A stretch of 64,000 nucleotides of DNA from Octopus vulgaris (lineage: Eukaryota), in the NCBI GenBank assembly GCA_951406725.2, contig OX597819.1, forward strand, positions 109,244,001-109,308,000. The letters run 5' to 3'. The number at the start of each line of letters is the position of its first letter. The first letter of the stretch is position 1. A program made the translations under genes and the position numbers. Positions 25,974-40,487 of the stretch are shown here, piece after piece. The notes beneath the pieces were generated by a model. It worked only from the letters and a program-made list of their open reading frames with translations. It was not told the origin of the DNA and did not search any database.

Positions 25974-26303
25974 CAGCTTAACCACTAGAGATCAGACAAA
26001 TTTGCATGAGAATATTACTGGTACAGATTACGGGGTGAATTAGATTAGAAAGATTTTCTTATCTTGGGAACATTTTGTTTCGGCCTGACACGGCGAATAT
26101 GCAAAGGTTGAACTTGACGGGCTGGCTTAAAAATGCTCTTAGCAATGGAAGGGGGGAGGGCAGACAATGTAAAGAGGGAGAGAGACAGAGAAGGGAATAG
26201 TGGAACCCCGCGAAAATCGGCCGCCATTGAAAAACCCCTGTATGGAGAAACTTAAATATCTATTCTGTATTTAGCGAGACACGAGGCCGGAAACCGATGG
26301 TCA
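25577..26303. repeat. ~210-225-bp direct repeat pair (25577-25800, 26095-26303) around an (AAT)n spacer; unclassified element
   Basis: Near-identical copies; the ORF track gives the same MAADFRGVPLFPS peptide twice. Confidence 0.8.
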
Positions 26304-26315
26304 TATATATATACA

Positions 26316-26680
26316 TCTCTATATATGTGAATGGCAAAATGTTTGTCTGTGTGTCCTTTATACAAATCCACAATTTTTCAGTTAGAGGGCTTGCACTTTC
26401 TATGGTCATTCAAAACCATCCAAGAGTGGTCATGCACATCCTTTACATTTCCCCAGTCACCCTGCAAAGCCATTAAAAAATCAATAGAAGTGACTTTTTT
26501 GTGAATTTTCTATCCAAAACCCAATCAAAATGCCCGAAACTTGATACGCCAATTGAATGTCAGCTAACTGTATGTGATTGGTCGGAGATTTGGACAGTAC
26601 TTGCGTGTATGTGTGCATGCACACAGCTGCATATGCATGCACTAGCACTACGACCCAGCGTTGCTGGGTCATAGTGCTTG
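26316..26680 (+). mobile_element. Non-autonomous Helitron (same family as 17172-17522)
   Basis: A|TCTCTATATA start, hairpin tacgacccagc/gctgggtcata, CTTG|T end (mutated CTAG). Confidence 0.8.
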
Positions 26681-26699
26681 TATATATATATATATATAG

Positions 26700-26955
26700 G
26701 CATAGGCATAGCTGCATGGTAAGAAGCCTGCATCCCAATCACATGGTTCAGAGTTCAGTCCCACTGTGTGACACTTTGGGCAAGTGTCTTCTATAGACTC
26801 GGGCTGACCAAAGCCTTGTGAGTGGATTTGGTAAACAGAAACTGAAAGAAGCCCGTTGTATATATATATATAAAAGATAAAAAATACATACACATATAGG
26901 CACAGGAGTGGCTGTTTGGTAAGTAGCTTGCTTACCAACCACATGGCTCCGGGTT
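26700..26955 (+). mobile_element. S1 SINE head/body plus a second truncated head
   Basis: tagctgcatggtaag, gagttcagtcc, and a CORE-like gtgacactttgggcaagtg. Confidence 0.75.
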
Positions 26956-27299
26956 ATATAATTAAGATTCAGTTGAATTAGGTGCTTGAGTTGAAGCACC
27001 AAGTCAGTCCAGTATCCACACACACACACACACACAGAGGAGGAATTACAACTGTGTTTCGTGGTCTGCTACCACAACAGCTCCTTTATAGGATCCAGTT
27101 AGCTCAAGACATCATCAGGAGGAACCATGTCTGGTTTTGGCCCCTACTCCTCTACCGGTTTGACGTGGCGGGGGCCCCCCCTTTCGGAGGTGTTTTCAGC
27201 TCTGGTGTTGGGTGCATGTCTTCTTTCTTCTTCTTTCTTCTGTTCCCTGGCCTCTTTGATGTATCATCAGCGAGTGTCAGCCGGTGACTGACTGTCTTG

Positions 27300-27855
27300 T
27301 CAAATTTTTCCCTTTAAATACCTGCTGTATAGGCTCCAGCAGTAGAAATTTTGTGTACAAATAGATGTACAACTGCTGCTGTTATACTTACATGTTAGAG
27401 CTCCAAGTAGATTTTCATGAACAGTCTGCTTTCTGTACACCTAGTTGTTAATTAACTACTGTACTGATTAGGCATTATTTACCATTCTGCCTAAATAATG
27501 GATCTACAATTGCAATATCCCTGCATATCTCACATTTATTTTCATTCCTCCACTTCATTCTCTATTTCGTATCTTATCTAAATTAACTATCTTCTCACAC
27601 TGTCTCCGATGAAGGGATATAAAAAAAATATCCCAGAAACAGCTTTCTATTTATAAATGTTCTAAAATCTTCCCAGCCTTGCTTTTTTATCTCATTCTGA
27701 AAAAAGGAATTTTTTATATATACACATGCTGATATATGACCTACGTTGGAGTTCTCATTCGCATAATCACCAAACTTGGAGCTTATCTAGGGTCTGTCCA
27801 TAGCACTTACTCAGCATTACCTGACACCTTTGGGTCTTATTGACACCATTACCCC
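27300..27855 (+). mobile_element. Penelope-like 3' region with degenerate minimal hammerhead
   Basis: CCGATGA-A-GGGATAT..ATATCCC-A-GAAAC at 27606-27640. Confidence 0.55.
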
Positions 27856-27879
27856 TCATAACCTATATATATATATAAA

Positions 27880-28068
27880 GGGAATGTTTACGAAAATAGA
27901 CAGAAGACAAAGGCAGGTGGAGTACAAACAAACAAATGTATTAGTATAGCGCTCAGGAATAGAAAAAATCTTTTATGTTTTGAGCCTATGCTCTTCGACA
28001 GAAAGATACACAGAAAAAAACAAGGAGAGAAAAAAATGCGTGTAGGAGCTAACGATCTATCATGGCGT

Positions 28069-28070
<2 letters not shown>
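27880..28070 (-). mobile_element. Short Penelope-like terminal repeat with degenerate hammerhead
   Basis: Minus strand CTGTCGA-A-GAGC-ATAG-GCTC-AAAAC. The downstream part is homologous to 19428-19522. Confidence 0.5.
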
Positions 28071-28150
<80 letters not shown>

Positions 28151-28469
28151 CAACCCATACCAACATTGAAAGCGAATGTTAAATGGTCATAAGAATGATG
28201 ATGATGGTGATACACACACATACACACACATTTATATATATAAAATGTGTGTGCATGTACATGTTACTCTCTCTTTGGCTTGACATTATGGGATAGTTGT
28301 GAACAAATGTTACTGTCATATAAGTAGTGTCCTTTATTCATCAGGTGATGAGGAAATGTTACCTTATTTGAAAAGAGGTGAGGGTTGGTGACAGGAAGGG
28401 CATCTGGCTGCAGAATACTTGCCTCAGCAAAACTCCTTCATATCTATAAAAGCATGGAAATGACTACAA

Positions 28470-28496
28470 TGACTACGACGACGACGATGATGGTGG

Positions 28497-28527
<31 letters not shown>

Positions 28528-28810
28528 GGTGGTGGTGGTGGTGGTGGTGGTGGTGGTGGTGGTGGTGATGACGATGGTGGTGGTGGTGGTAGTGATGATG
28601 GTGGGGTGGTGGGTGTGGTGACGATGATGATGATGATGATGATGGTGGGGGTGGTGGTGGGGTGGTGACGATGATGATGATGATGATGATGGTGATGATG
28701 GTGGTGGTGGTGGTGGTGGTGGTGGTGACGCTGATGATGATGATGAAGAAGATGATGATGATGGTGATGATGATGATGGTGGTGGTGGTAGTGATGATGA
28801 TGATGATGTT
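28470..28810. repeat. (GGT)n/(GAT)n compound trinucleotide repeat
   Basis: Direct reading. It follows an RTE-type SINE tail, so it is probably an expanded (GAT)n tail. Confidence 0.9.
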
Positions 28811-30147
28811 GGAAGTTATTATAGACAGATACATGGATGGATTGATAGGCAGAGAGATTGACAAAACAAAAACCATGCAATTTGGATTTTTAAAACAAAC
28901 CAGACGTCTCTAGTTAAAACAAAGAAAAGAAAGAAGAAACAAAAGACCAAGAGCTTTGTTTTACGTCTGCACCTGCCTGCTAATCTGCTCACACTGTATG
29001 TATGCGTGCGTGTGTGTTTGCATGTGCGGTGCTCCAGCATGGCCACAGCCGCAGGGCTGAAGCATATAAAAAGAATAAAAGAATATACATGTATGCATAT
29101 GTGTGTGTGTGTGTGTGTGTGTGTGAATACAAACACGCACATACACACATACACACACACACACACACACATAGAGAAAGAGAGAGTGGGGGGGAGAGAG
29201 ACAACATGTCAAGCTTTATCAGCTTAAAATACTGCAACAAACATGAAGTGTATAAAGATGTGCATATGCATATAGACACATACACACATGCATGCATGTA
29301 AACACATACACATATGCACACATACACACATTATTGTTTCATGAATTTTCATTTTCTTTCAAGCTCTCTTTGTATGTGTTATTGTAATTATGGCAGTTGT
29401 GGTTGCAGCAGTGGTGGTGATGATTGTCGTTGTGGTTGTGGTTGTGGTTGTGGCTGTACTTGCGGCAGTAATTAATTCATATATAATAGGAGACACAAGG
29501 GATTATTTAGCATCACTTATAATCCATCCTGTCTGTTTCCCGCCTACCCTGCTTACCACTCAGTCTCTCTGCAACACAGCAAGTCTCTCCCACTCCACCA
29601 CCACCACCACCACCACCATACTGCAACAGCCACCAACTGTCCATCAGTCGGAAACAAACCAGCACAAAACGAAACAGAACAAGAAGCAACCAATGACAAA
29701 CCACAAGTAAGACCTCTGCACTGTGAATCCTGTATTTAATCCCGCCTCACTTAAGAAAGTAAAAGCAGATGTCACAAACACACACTCTCTCTCACTTTCT
29801 CCTCTAGCTTTCACTTTCATCCCTCGCTCTCCCCCTCTCTATTACTCTCCTCCTCTCTCTTTCATTCTCCCCCTCTCTGTCATACTCTCTTTCCACCATG
29901 TTTTGGTGAGTTCCTTGTGTTTAACTTCAGCTTATTCTTAATGGATTCAGCTGACATATGATCCAAGGTAGTCCAGTCTTGACCATCCTATCTATTTATG
30001 CAACAGGGATTACACAGTTCAGTGAATCTTTCTATATTTAACAAGCAAGGAGTGATGTTGAGGGAGTTTTGTCTGTTATTTCTTGCAAACCACCTCTTAT
30101 CTTACTTTTTTCTACCTGAATGTTGTTTCAAAAACAGTATTACAAAA

Positions 30148-30173
30148 TAGTAGTAGTGGTAGTGGTGGTAGTA

Positions 30174-30256
<83 letters not shown>
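30148..30256. repeat. (AGT)n microsatellite
   Basis: Direct reading. Confidence 0.95.
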
Positions 30257-30257
<1 letters not shown>

Positions 30258-31042
30258 ATAATGGTGGTGATAATCAAGCACTAATTTTAAGAATTACTTT
30301 TCTTGTATTTGTTATTGGATTGGCAGAATCACTAAAAGAGTGACAGAGAAAATGCCTTGCAATATTTACAATGTAGTCCAAAGGTAAAAATAAATGTGAT
30401 AGAATTTCACAAATGTAGTATAGTGAGTTGAAAAATTTTGATCAACCGAGATTCCCATCACCACCACCACCACCATTACAACATCATCATTATCCAAATT
30501 CCAGGCCGGCATAGGTTTGATTGTTTGTGACAGTATTTAATGGGTCTGCGAAGTGCTCCGTCTGCCTGGTTTCTATGATTGGATGTCCTTCCTAATGTCA
30601 ACCATTGAAAAACAAAAAAATACTGTATTGACTCGCAACAAATGGAGGCTATCTTGCTGTAAAGCTAATAAGAACTGTGATTTGGGGCCATTTGGGTCAT
30701 CTTAAAAAACTGAGAACAAAGAAAAAGTCTTGAACTAATATATCAGCCTCTTTGTACAAAAATTCTTTTTTTATGTCCAGTCTGTGGACTTGTTGGTAAA
30801 TTGTTAGCTGGATTAAAATGTTATAAGAGACATTGACATCAGAGCTTAGACAAAAGTGAAACCAAACAAAGAAATGCTGTTAGGCCTTCATACATCAAAA
30901 TCAATAGAAGAATCCATTATCATTATGTATACATATATGCAATGTATACATGCTCATATTCATACATACATGCATACATACATACATACATACATACATA
31001 CATACATACATACATACATACATACATACATACATACATACA

Positions 31043-31076
<34 letters not shown>

Positions 31077-31077
<1 letters not shown>

Positions 31078-31642
31078 TGGGTTGTCTGGAAAGTCTGTGC
31101 CGATTTTTAAATGAAAGAAAAAGGTAAATAAATACTTGCCATTACATTTCTAATCAACCAAATATGAACCATTCAGTTACACAATGTGTTTCCATCTTTC
31201 TTTTAACTTGAAAATATCCTCTTCCCAGAATTGGGGTGGTTTCATGGAAAAGAATTCGTCAAGGTATCTTTTTACATCATCCAAGGAATTGAAATTTTTA
31301 CCATTAAGACTATTCTGCAGTGACCTGAATAAGTGGAAATCTGAAGGAGCAATATCTGGTGAATATGGAGGGTGGGGGCACACATCCCAGCCGACCTGCA
31401 GCAATTTTTGTCTGGTTCCCAAAGCATCAAGTGCCCAAAATAAATTTTCTTATCTTCTATTTTAAAGGGTTACAGAATTGACACAGGTTATAGGAACATA
31501 AACCTTCTTACACAAAAAGATAGCTTAAACTGTGTTCTAAATTGAGATGTAGTGAAATCCTATTTTATGGACTCAACCATGTTCTAAAATAAGTCGAAAG
31601 GTAAGCTACTATAAATCAGCACGAACTTTCCAGACAACCCAA
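31077..31642 (-). mobile_element. Internally deleted mariner element
   Basis: TIRs ttgggttgtctggaaagt / actttccagacaacccaa flanked by TA. Peptide HPPYSPDIAPSDFHLF. Confidence 0.92.
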
Positions 31643-31728
31643 TATATATATGTTTAACAACACATGCCTATACACACATCTGGTGTATATATATGCATGT
31701 AAGCATACATACACACCACATGTAAGTA

Positions 31729-31759
<31 letters not shown>

Positions 31760-33999
31760 GTGTGTGTGTTCTTGTCATGACATTGCATGTAATTGTAAAT
31801 CATTGTCACTATCACACAAGCAGTTTCATCTATTTCCAACATACTATGGAAACATGTCTGGTCATGGGTAAATATTACTTTGTTTGGACAAGGGTTTGAT
31901 AACAGGAAGGGAATCTGGCTGATGAAAATCTGTAGAAAATCTATCCCAATGAACTTCATCTGACCCATGCAAGATTTTAAAAGTGGACATTAAAATGAAA
32001 TGATGAATTTTATATATATATATATAGTTTACTGTTCTGTTATGAGTAAGGTAAACAAAAAATGAGTTCATCTAGCGAGTACTTCTTTCAAAAACAACTG
32101 AGTTTCATCAAACATGCTTGATAAACTTAGTCATTTATGAAGCTGAAGTCACAGCAGTACTTCGAAAGAATGAAATACAAAAGAAAAATTACATTGGTTT
32201 ATATAAAGGCAATTTTAAAAGAAGATGCACATAAGTCTTCTCTCCAACTCAAAGACAAGAACAAACCTCCAAAGTTGGGTAGACATATATAGAATATGAA
32301 GGCCAATTGCATATCACATATAGTCGAGTGAAGCATTGTGGAAAAATCCATGCTCTCTGTAAATGAACAGAAGGGATGCAAGAGTTGCAGCACACTACTT
32401 AATTCCAGATCAGATTTTTTTAGCAAATGCAAGTACATGGACAAATTTCTTTTGTCAACTAGATGACACCACCCTCTCAAGATCTAGCATGTTGTCTCAC
32501 AGACGTTGGTCTCCTCCCCATTGAATTATTCTACACCTGCTATATTAATTATAATTTTGGCAGACTAAGGAGGTTGCGGGTCTTGGTTTTCTTTCCTTCC
32601 TTTCTTTTTCCGTTTTTATTCACCTTTTGCTTTCTTGTTCCACCTTTTTCTCATTGCCCCTTTTGCAATCACCTTCCTCTCATTTTTTTCTCATGTCTTC
32701 TCACAAACCAGTATCGTTCTCTGGTTTTTCAAATAAGACCAGCCATGTTGTATATTTGAGCCCAAATGATTGCCTGGAGGCACATATAAATCTGCTTAAT
32801 TATTGTGTTTCCACAGCATGAAACTTTGAAACTTTTATTAGTTGGTAATGATATACTGAAAGCATAATGTAGCTTCTGATGACAACAAGGAAATTCTCTC
32901 TCCCGATGGATTGTAGATTATTCATTTGTATGAACTGTGATGCTATACAGTAGAGAGATGTGGATGCTAACTGTAGATTATATGAAGGTTTGGAAAGAAA
33001 CGAGGCAAGCATGATCTGCAGAATGTACAATGATGCTAAGCTTAAGCAATGAACGTAGATGATCTGAGAGGAAAACTGAGTATAAGGGGAATCATTTTTA
33101 ATGTGCCAGAGTGACAGCCTGAGTGACATTTATGTGGGCATGAAATTTGCATGAATGGTAACAGGTAGGGAAGAAGTGCTACAGAATTCATGTGCAAAGA
33201 TCCAGTGTAAAAGAAACACAGCAGAAGACACGGGCAAGAATTGTAAAGGATGATCTTAAGGAACTGAAGTTTATAAAACAGACGACAACAAGTGTTGTGT
33301 TGGATGTATTGTGTTAAAAAATATCATAATATACTTCAGAGCTAGGTAAAACAAAATTGGCTCAGAAGTGACTGCAAGAACAACAGATACACTTTTCACC
33401 ATTGTCATGGCTTCTGAATTTCTTGTTCTCATGGCACTTTTGAAATAGCTATTTTTTAGGTGATTTTATTTCACCAGACTCTAAAGTATACTGTGGTGTT
33501 TTTAAGACAATACATCTACAAAGGGATTTTTCCCAAACAAAAAACTGCAGCTTCTGGCTTTACAACTGCATGTGTACATTATTCATGTTATATTTGTTAT
33601 ATTAATAAAGTTTTTACTATAGAGCTTCTAGTAATGCATGATACACATTTTATTCTGCTTATTTGGTGCCTTTGCAAACTGGTATCTGGTTTATACACTA
33701 TCTGTGTATCATTCACTCTAGCTGGTTCAATTTCATTTTGGAAGTGACATGAATATGTGATATTGAGAACAGTAAAATATGTATCTGATACTCTCATAGC
33801 CACTTCTGGGTGATTTTGTTTTGCCTTGCTCTGAAGTATGTTGTGAAGTATCATCATCACCACTCCCACCACCACCACCACCACCACCACCACTGAAGCA
33901 TATTGTGTTTATTTTTTACCCAATATGTCTATAAAAGAATTTTTCCCAGACGAAAACTGCAGCATTTGAGTTTTCAACAACATACATATGTTAAGCATG

Positions 34000-34037
<38 letters not shown>

Positions 34038-34329
34038 ATGTACACACACACACACACACATACATATATACATACATACATACATCATCATCGTTTAATG
34101 TCCGCTTATACATACATATATACATATACATATGGTTCGTATTTGTATTGGGTTTGCAAACTTCTTGATGTGAATTTGTATGTTGAAAGAAATACTATTG
34201 AACCTTGGGAGAGGCATTATGTTAGTAATAATAAACACACGCACTGGTTCAGTCCTTTATTGTTATTGTTAGTTAATGGCTTAGTTACTCTGTAAACCAA
34301 TTTATTGATCAGCCGTTTTTATACTAGTT

Positions 34330-35420
34330 TTTCAAAATCATATGTTAAACACTTTGTCAAACAGTTAATCGTTCAAATGATACCACATCCATACTATCTA
34401 CCATACAATTTGACAGGTCGTGAGAGCGGTTACATTCATTAACCCTTCTGAGAGGGTCCTCTGTGCTATCACAAATACCAGGAGACATCTCAATGAGTGG
34501 TCTTAACACTTGTGAGAAGAAATATGATAGCCTATAATTGCTGGCAATATTGGCACCACAAACTGGTTGGTTTGTTGGGGGCCAATAATAGGGTCTGCGA
34601 TGGGCTTATAGTCTTTTCTTAATCCATAGAATGTAGGGATGTCATTATTTGATGTTATGAAGTTCTGCACTGCGTGCTTCTTAGGTTGGAGTCTGTTACA
34701 CCACATTCCCATGTGCGTGTTGAGAATTTTCTCTATTCTTTCATATTCCTGTGGTGTAACTTCTCTCATGTTTTTGATGTAATTATGCAGGCTGTCTACC
34801 AACATCCTGTTGGATTTGTTTGTGGAGAGGCATACTAATTTGTTGTTCCTAACTCTATGTTTTAGTTTTTGCATGCCCATCGCAGCCGCTGTACCAAATT
34901 GACGGGTCTGTAATGGTTCATTCAAGCATGGCATGGATTCGATCTTCAATTGCCAAATTTCACTTAACAGTTCAACAGCACTTTTCTCACAGCAAAACAA
35001 TAGTTTTTCTGTGAACATTTGCCAGATGCCATTGCTAAGCAGAATAATGGCTTTGCCATTTGACCCTTCTAACCTCTTCTTGGCCACCAAAAGCTAAAAG
35101 CGAGATAACAGACCACCAACGAAATCTATTGCTCTCAACAATATGTCTATCCTTCTGGCTGATTTTGGACAGTTATAAAAACAAGAACTCTGTAAGTCAA
35201 AGTCAGTTTGTTGCAAATCTGGCTGACTGGTTGAACAAAATGCCATCTGTAGGAGAAAAAGCACAAAGGGACAACTATGGTAACCCACCAACAAAGCAGT
35301 TGTTTGGTCCCATCATTCTTACTTTCACTAACTCAATTTCTTTTCTCTGTAACATTACCATATTTCTCTCTATATACTATTATGAGATTGTGTACACACA
35401 TACTGGCTGAAATTAACTCA
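34330..35420 (-). mobile_element. Penelope-like RT remnant
   Basis: ORF 34503-35090: STNKSNR.LVDS and PTFYGLRKDYKP..GP, then frameshifted PVCGAN, ICDSTED and MDVV remnants. Confidence 0.65.
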
Positions 35421-36879
35421 TTTTACCTTGCATGTTTTTCCATTTACTAGTTATACATACCAACCCATCATGGTTTTGGATATATACAAAGTAATGGTAA
35501 ATAAATATCTCTTTACAACTCCAACCACTGTTCTTCTTCCATCTTGCACACTGGCAACCAACACTTTAACAACAACTGTTATAGGTCTCCACTTCGTACT
35601 GTTTTTGGGTAGTCCTTTTATACTGTGTTATTATTTCATGAGTCTGCTTCTAGCCAAAGTGGTCTTGGCTTCTGTCTTATCCTCTGTGTAAGGTGAAAGA
35701 ACATGGTGGTATGTTGAACCAGATTAACATAGAAATCCTGTCTAGACACTTGGATGACACATCGCTATGACAGATACGAGAGTTAGTCTTGATAAATGAA
35801 ACATGACAGGTTTCAAATAGTAAATACTCTCATTAGGCAGAGGCCTTACAAAGACCTATGGACACACACACACGAATGGACACACACGTACACACACACA
35901 CATGCAAAGACAAACAAGGACAGAGACATGCCCACACGGACACACACATATACACATACACACATGGAAACATGCATACAGAAGTCCACATGTTGGCACA
36001 AACACACAGGAACTCACACAAAGACATACTGAGCACAGACTCACACTCACACACACACATGTGCACACAAACACAGACACCCATGTTTCTGCACACATGC
36101 CCTCCCATACATGCACGGACATGTGTATGGATATGCATGCTCATGCTCATGCACAGATAGATATCAATTTATTCAACATTTATCAAACAAAGAAGACGGT
36201 TTAACTGTCTTTGAGAGAAACATTATATAGATGAACATGTGCATTTGCAAAGAAAACAAAGAGAAAACCAAAACTGCTATCTTATGTATATGAAAAATGA
36301 CATATTCTGTATTTAAAACACACCCACACACTGAGGAGTATAGAGGAATGCTTGTCTCTGCCTTTTTTCACATTCACACTATTTTAGTGATGAGAGAACG
36401 AGGTGTTTGTCTCCCCAAAACTATAGTATCCAAAGTTCAATGGCGTAATGAGTTTCCTATGAAAACCCTATTGGAGTAGAAATACCTAAAAATTGGCAAC
36501 AAGAATGGTATCTACTGTAGAGTATTGCCTCAATATACCTCATCCAAGCCATGCCAGCATGGAAAAAGTGGATATAAAGATGTTGTTGTTGTTGTTGATG
36601 ATGATGATGATGATGCTGATGATGATGATGATGATATATATATATATATATACACACATATTCTTTTATTCGTTTCAGTCATTTGACTGCAGCCATACTG
36701 GAGCACCACCTTTAGTCGAGTAAATCACCCCAGGAGTTATTCTTTGTAAGCCTAGTACATATTCTATCAGTCTCTTTTACCAAATCGCTAAATTATGGGG
36801 ACGTAAATACACCAGCATCAGTTGTCAAGTGATGCTGGAGGGACAAACACAGACACATAAACATATACATATATACATA

Positions 36880-37275
36880 CATCATCATTTAATGTCCGCT
36901 TTCCATGCTAGCATGGGTTGGATGATTTTGACTGAGGGCTGGCGAACCAGATGGCTGCACCAGGCTCCAATCTTGATCTGGCAGAGTTTCTGCAGCTTGA
37001 TGCCCTTCCTAACGCCAACCACTCTGAGAGTGTAGTGGGTGCTCTTTACGTGCCACCAGCACCTGGCACCTGTGCCAGTGGCACCGTAAAGCCAGTGGCG
37101 AAAAGCACCCACTACACTCACGGAGTGATTGGTGTTAGGAAGGGCATCAAGCTTTAGAAACACTGCCAGATCAGACTGGAGCCTGGTGCAGCCTCCTGGC
37201 TTCCCAGTCCCCGGTCGAACCATCCAATCTGTGCTAGCACAGAAAACGGACGTTACACAATGATGATGGTGATGA
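36880..37275. mobile_element. Head-to-head pair of RTE 3'UTR fragments
   Basis: Minus copy 36880-37075 and plus copy ~37095-37275, with tails pointing outward. Confidence 0.8.
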
Positions 37276-37279
37276 TACC

Positions 37280-37314
<35 letters not shown>

Positions 37315-37350
37315 CATGGCTACCGAATAATTGTCACATATTACATTTAC

Positions 37351-37403
<53 letters not shown>

Positions 37404-37404
37404 T

Positions 37405-38675
37405 CAAACCTGGGCACCAAATCATTGATCTCTTAATCATTAATTAATGAAGTTAACATTTTTGTTAATGATTTAACTTTTATGTTAACTTTGGAAATCG
37501 TTATCAGACTAATTAACATCCCTTACATTTAACTTTTGTGGACTTGAGTTAACTTTCAAGTTGTTGCAACGATCTTTAGTCTGAAGGACTTGAAGTCTTA
37601 GGGCCTCATCTATTGCAGCCCCTTGGTCAATGTACTTTTGGCAGGCATCAACAAAGGGTTTAGGACCCTCCTGGGGGATGAGGAATGCCAGCTGGCTGTT
37701 GACTTGCACCCCAGATTTTGACTAATCTGGTTGGATAAGTATAACAACACCAAGATCGCTAAGGTGAGGAAAAGCATGAAGAGTAATGATGGAGGCCATG
37801 AGGCAGCAGTCTGATGAAGTGAGCAGCAACAACAAAGAAGAGGAGAATGACTTCTTCAGTGGTGTCACCCAACCAAAAGAGAGCAGCGGGAGCCAAAGAG
37901 AAGGCCCACAATTTGGTCAACACTTGTTTGGAGACCAACTCCAAGGACTTGCTGACAGATGCTGCCTTCTTGGGTGAGCAAGTGTTAGTGGATTTGTTCA
38001 TCAAGTTAAACACAGCCTTCCCCTCCAGTGTTGTAGTGGAGCATTTGTTCTCTATGGGCAAAGACATATTGAAGGCCAAGAGATCATCCTTGCCTGATGA
38101 GAACTTTGACATGCTCATTTTCATGAAGGGCAACAGGCATCTCCTGAATAAAATGGAGGAGAAAGGAAAAATTAAATTATGTATATATCCTGTTATTTAT
38201 TTATTTATTTATTTATTTATTAAAAAAAAATTTGCAGCTACTTAATCAACAAACTTTTTTAGTTTAATACAAATATTGTGTTTCATTTAAGTTTTTTTTT
38301 AACCCTTTTCTGGGTCTAAAAGTCTTTAAAAACCAAAAACAAGGCCAAAACTCTGAAATCAGCCTTTTTTAGGTCTTTTAAAAGTTAAAACTATAAAATC
38401 AGCATTTTAAAACTTTTTTGATTCTAAAGCCCTTAAATGGACCAAAAAAGGCTGATTTTATAGTTTTGACACTTTTTAAAGGTGTTTTTAGTTAGTTTTA
38501 GAAGAAAAGCTCATTTTTTGTTTTTTCTATATTGGAAATTAACATTAATGGTTTATTGATAACTTCTGTTACATTTTTAAAGAATTAACTGATTAATGGT
38601 TATTGAAGTTAACTTTTTGGTTAATGGATTAATGGTTAACGAAGTTAACTTTTCAATTAGTGGTGCCTACCTTTG
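37405..38675 (+). mobile_element. hAT DNA transposon deletion derivative
   Basis: Imperfect TIRs caaacctgggcacc / ggtgcctacctttg and subterminal GTTAAC repeats. ORF 37847-38245 LNTAFPSSVVVEHLFS..KRSSL is a hAT C-terminal dimerisation motif. No TSD seen. Confidence 0.8.
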
Positions 38676-38899
38676 GTATGTTTATATATATATATACAAT
38701 ATATATATATATACACACACATATATATATTTAGGTATATATGCACACATACACACACATATATATATATATATATGAGTGTGTGTATACATATACATAC
38801 GTATATACACATACACACAAATATATATGCAAACACACACATATTTATATGTACCCCTCCCCCAGTCTTATGCATATATATGTAAATTCCATATAGTCT

Positions 38900-39640
38900 A
38901 CCCATTAATAACTATGTGTGTATATAAGTGGTGTAGTGAGACTGTAGGCAGGCTGATAGAGAAGGTAGACTTTGTATGGGGTAGATGCACACGAATAGTT
39001 AGCTGTAAGAGTACACATGATATACATTCCTTCCAATGTTCAGAAGATCCATTTGAAGTAATTGATGGCTTTTGTTACTGAGGTGTGACCTAATTAGCAG
39101 TGGAGGTGGGTGATTTAAAACCATAGCAGCATAAGAGAAAATACTGAGAGTTGTCTTTGTTTGTAATGAAGTTTTTTTTTCTTTTTTTCTTAGAGAGGAA
39201 AAGGTAGATTGTATGATACTTGTGTACAAAATGCAATGCTGCTTAATAGCAAGATGTGGGCCTTGAATGTGGAAGATTTGCAATGGTTAAAAAAGATACA
39301 AAGCAAGTATGCTAGATGTGTCATGTTTGTGTGCATGTATGATGGCGCATAGATGAACTGGGATGAAAGCTGGATATAACAAACATCAGGCATAGTGTGC
39401 AAGAGATAGTCTTCTATTGTATGGACATCTGATGCATATGGAAGATGCTGGTCATATAAAGAAGTGCTTGAAATGCCAAATGCTTGTAGTTGATGGAAGC
39501 TGTAGAAGACAAAGGCTAAGGAAAATATGAAAAATATGGAATGAAGTGGTGAAGACTGAACTCAAGATGTTGAACCTCACAAAAGAGATGATAAAGAACA
39601 ATAATAAGTGATGATATGCAGTGCTGGAAGAGTCCTTCTT
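38900..39640 (+). mobile_element. Old RTE LINE remnant
   Basis: Decayed similarity to 44540-45200 (tttgtatggggtagatgc, gtatgatacttgtgtacaaa, ggaatgaagtggtgaag). A similar remnant lies at ~32900-33310. Confidence 0.55.
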
Positions 39641-40018
39641 ACCATAGAAACCATGGTAAAATATTAACTATATCAGTGGTACTAATATAGGTTGGAATGT
39701 ATATTATATCTATATTAAGCATCTCACTCATTATATTCCTTATTAAATCTCTCACTCATTATATTCCTTATTAAGTCTCTACTATCCTCCTCATTACCCT
39801 GTTGTCTATCTTCATTGTGGTTTTGTAAGAGGAATGGCATTTGATCTATTTGTATTAAATTACCTCCATTATTACTTTTATTACCCTTCTTCCCTTTCAC
39901 TATTACCCTTTATCACTCTAACTCTCTCTCCTTACAGGGCCAGTGTAACCCAGAAAAGTACCATGCATGCACACACACACAGACACAGAAACACACACAC
40001 ACACACATGCGCACGCAT

Positions 40019-40059
<41 letters not shown>

Positions 40060-40487
40060 CGCACGCACACACACACACTCACACACGATATATATCTAAT
40101 ATAGAAGAAAACATTCTGGGCATGACTTTACACTGTATCTGGTACTGGGGCCCTTGTTTGGGAGTTTCAGGATTTTGAGTAGTGTGGAAACAACTCTTAG
40201 TCACTATTGTTCCCAGGTTTACTCTGACCTGGAGTAGTAGCACTTGACAAGGTCCCAGCTGTAGGTTAATTAGCATGTTATGGTAGAAATTCCCAGCACA
40301 AAGCCTCACTGCTTTGTAAGTGCCTTTGAAAAAGAAAAGGCTAGGGGAGTCAACCTTGACAGCAAATCAAGAAGAGGAATCCTTAGGCCATCTGGCACTC
40401 TCTTTGACAACCCATTAGAAACTCTTAGGGTAGGTGGAGCTCGCCAGCTCTGTAAGGCCACACCAATCTAAAAACTACAGCTTGTTG

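Noticed and set aside
28385-29330. Poly-His/Pro/Val and YIYI/THTH ORFs here and elsewhere
   Set aside because: These are translations of microsatellites.
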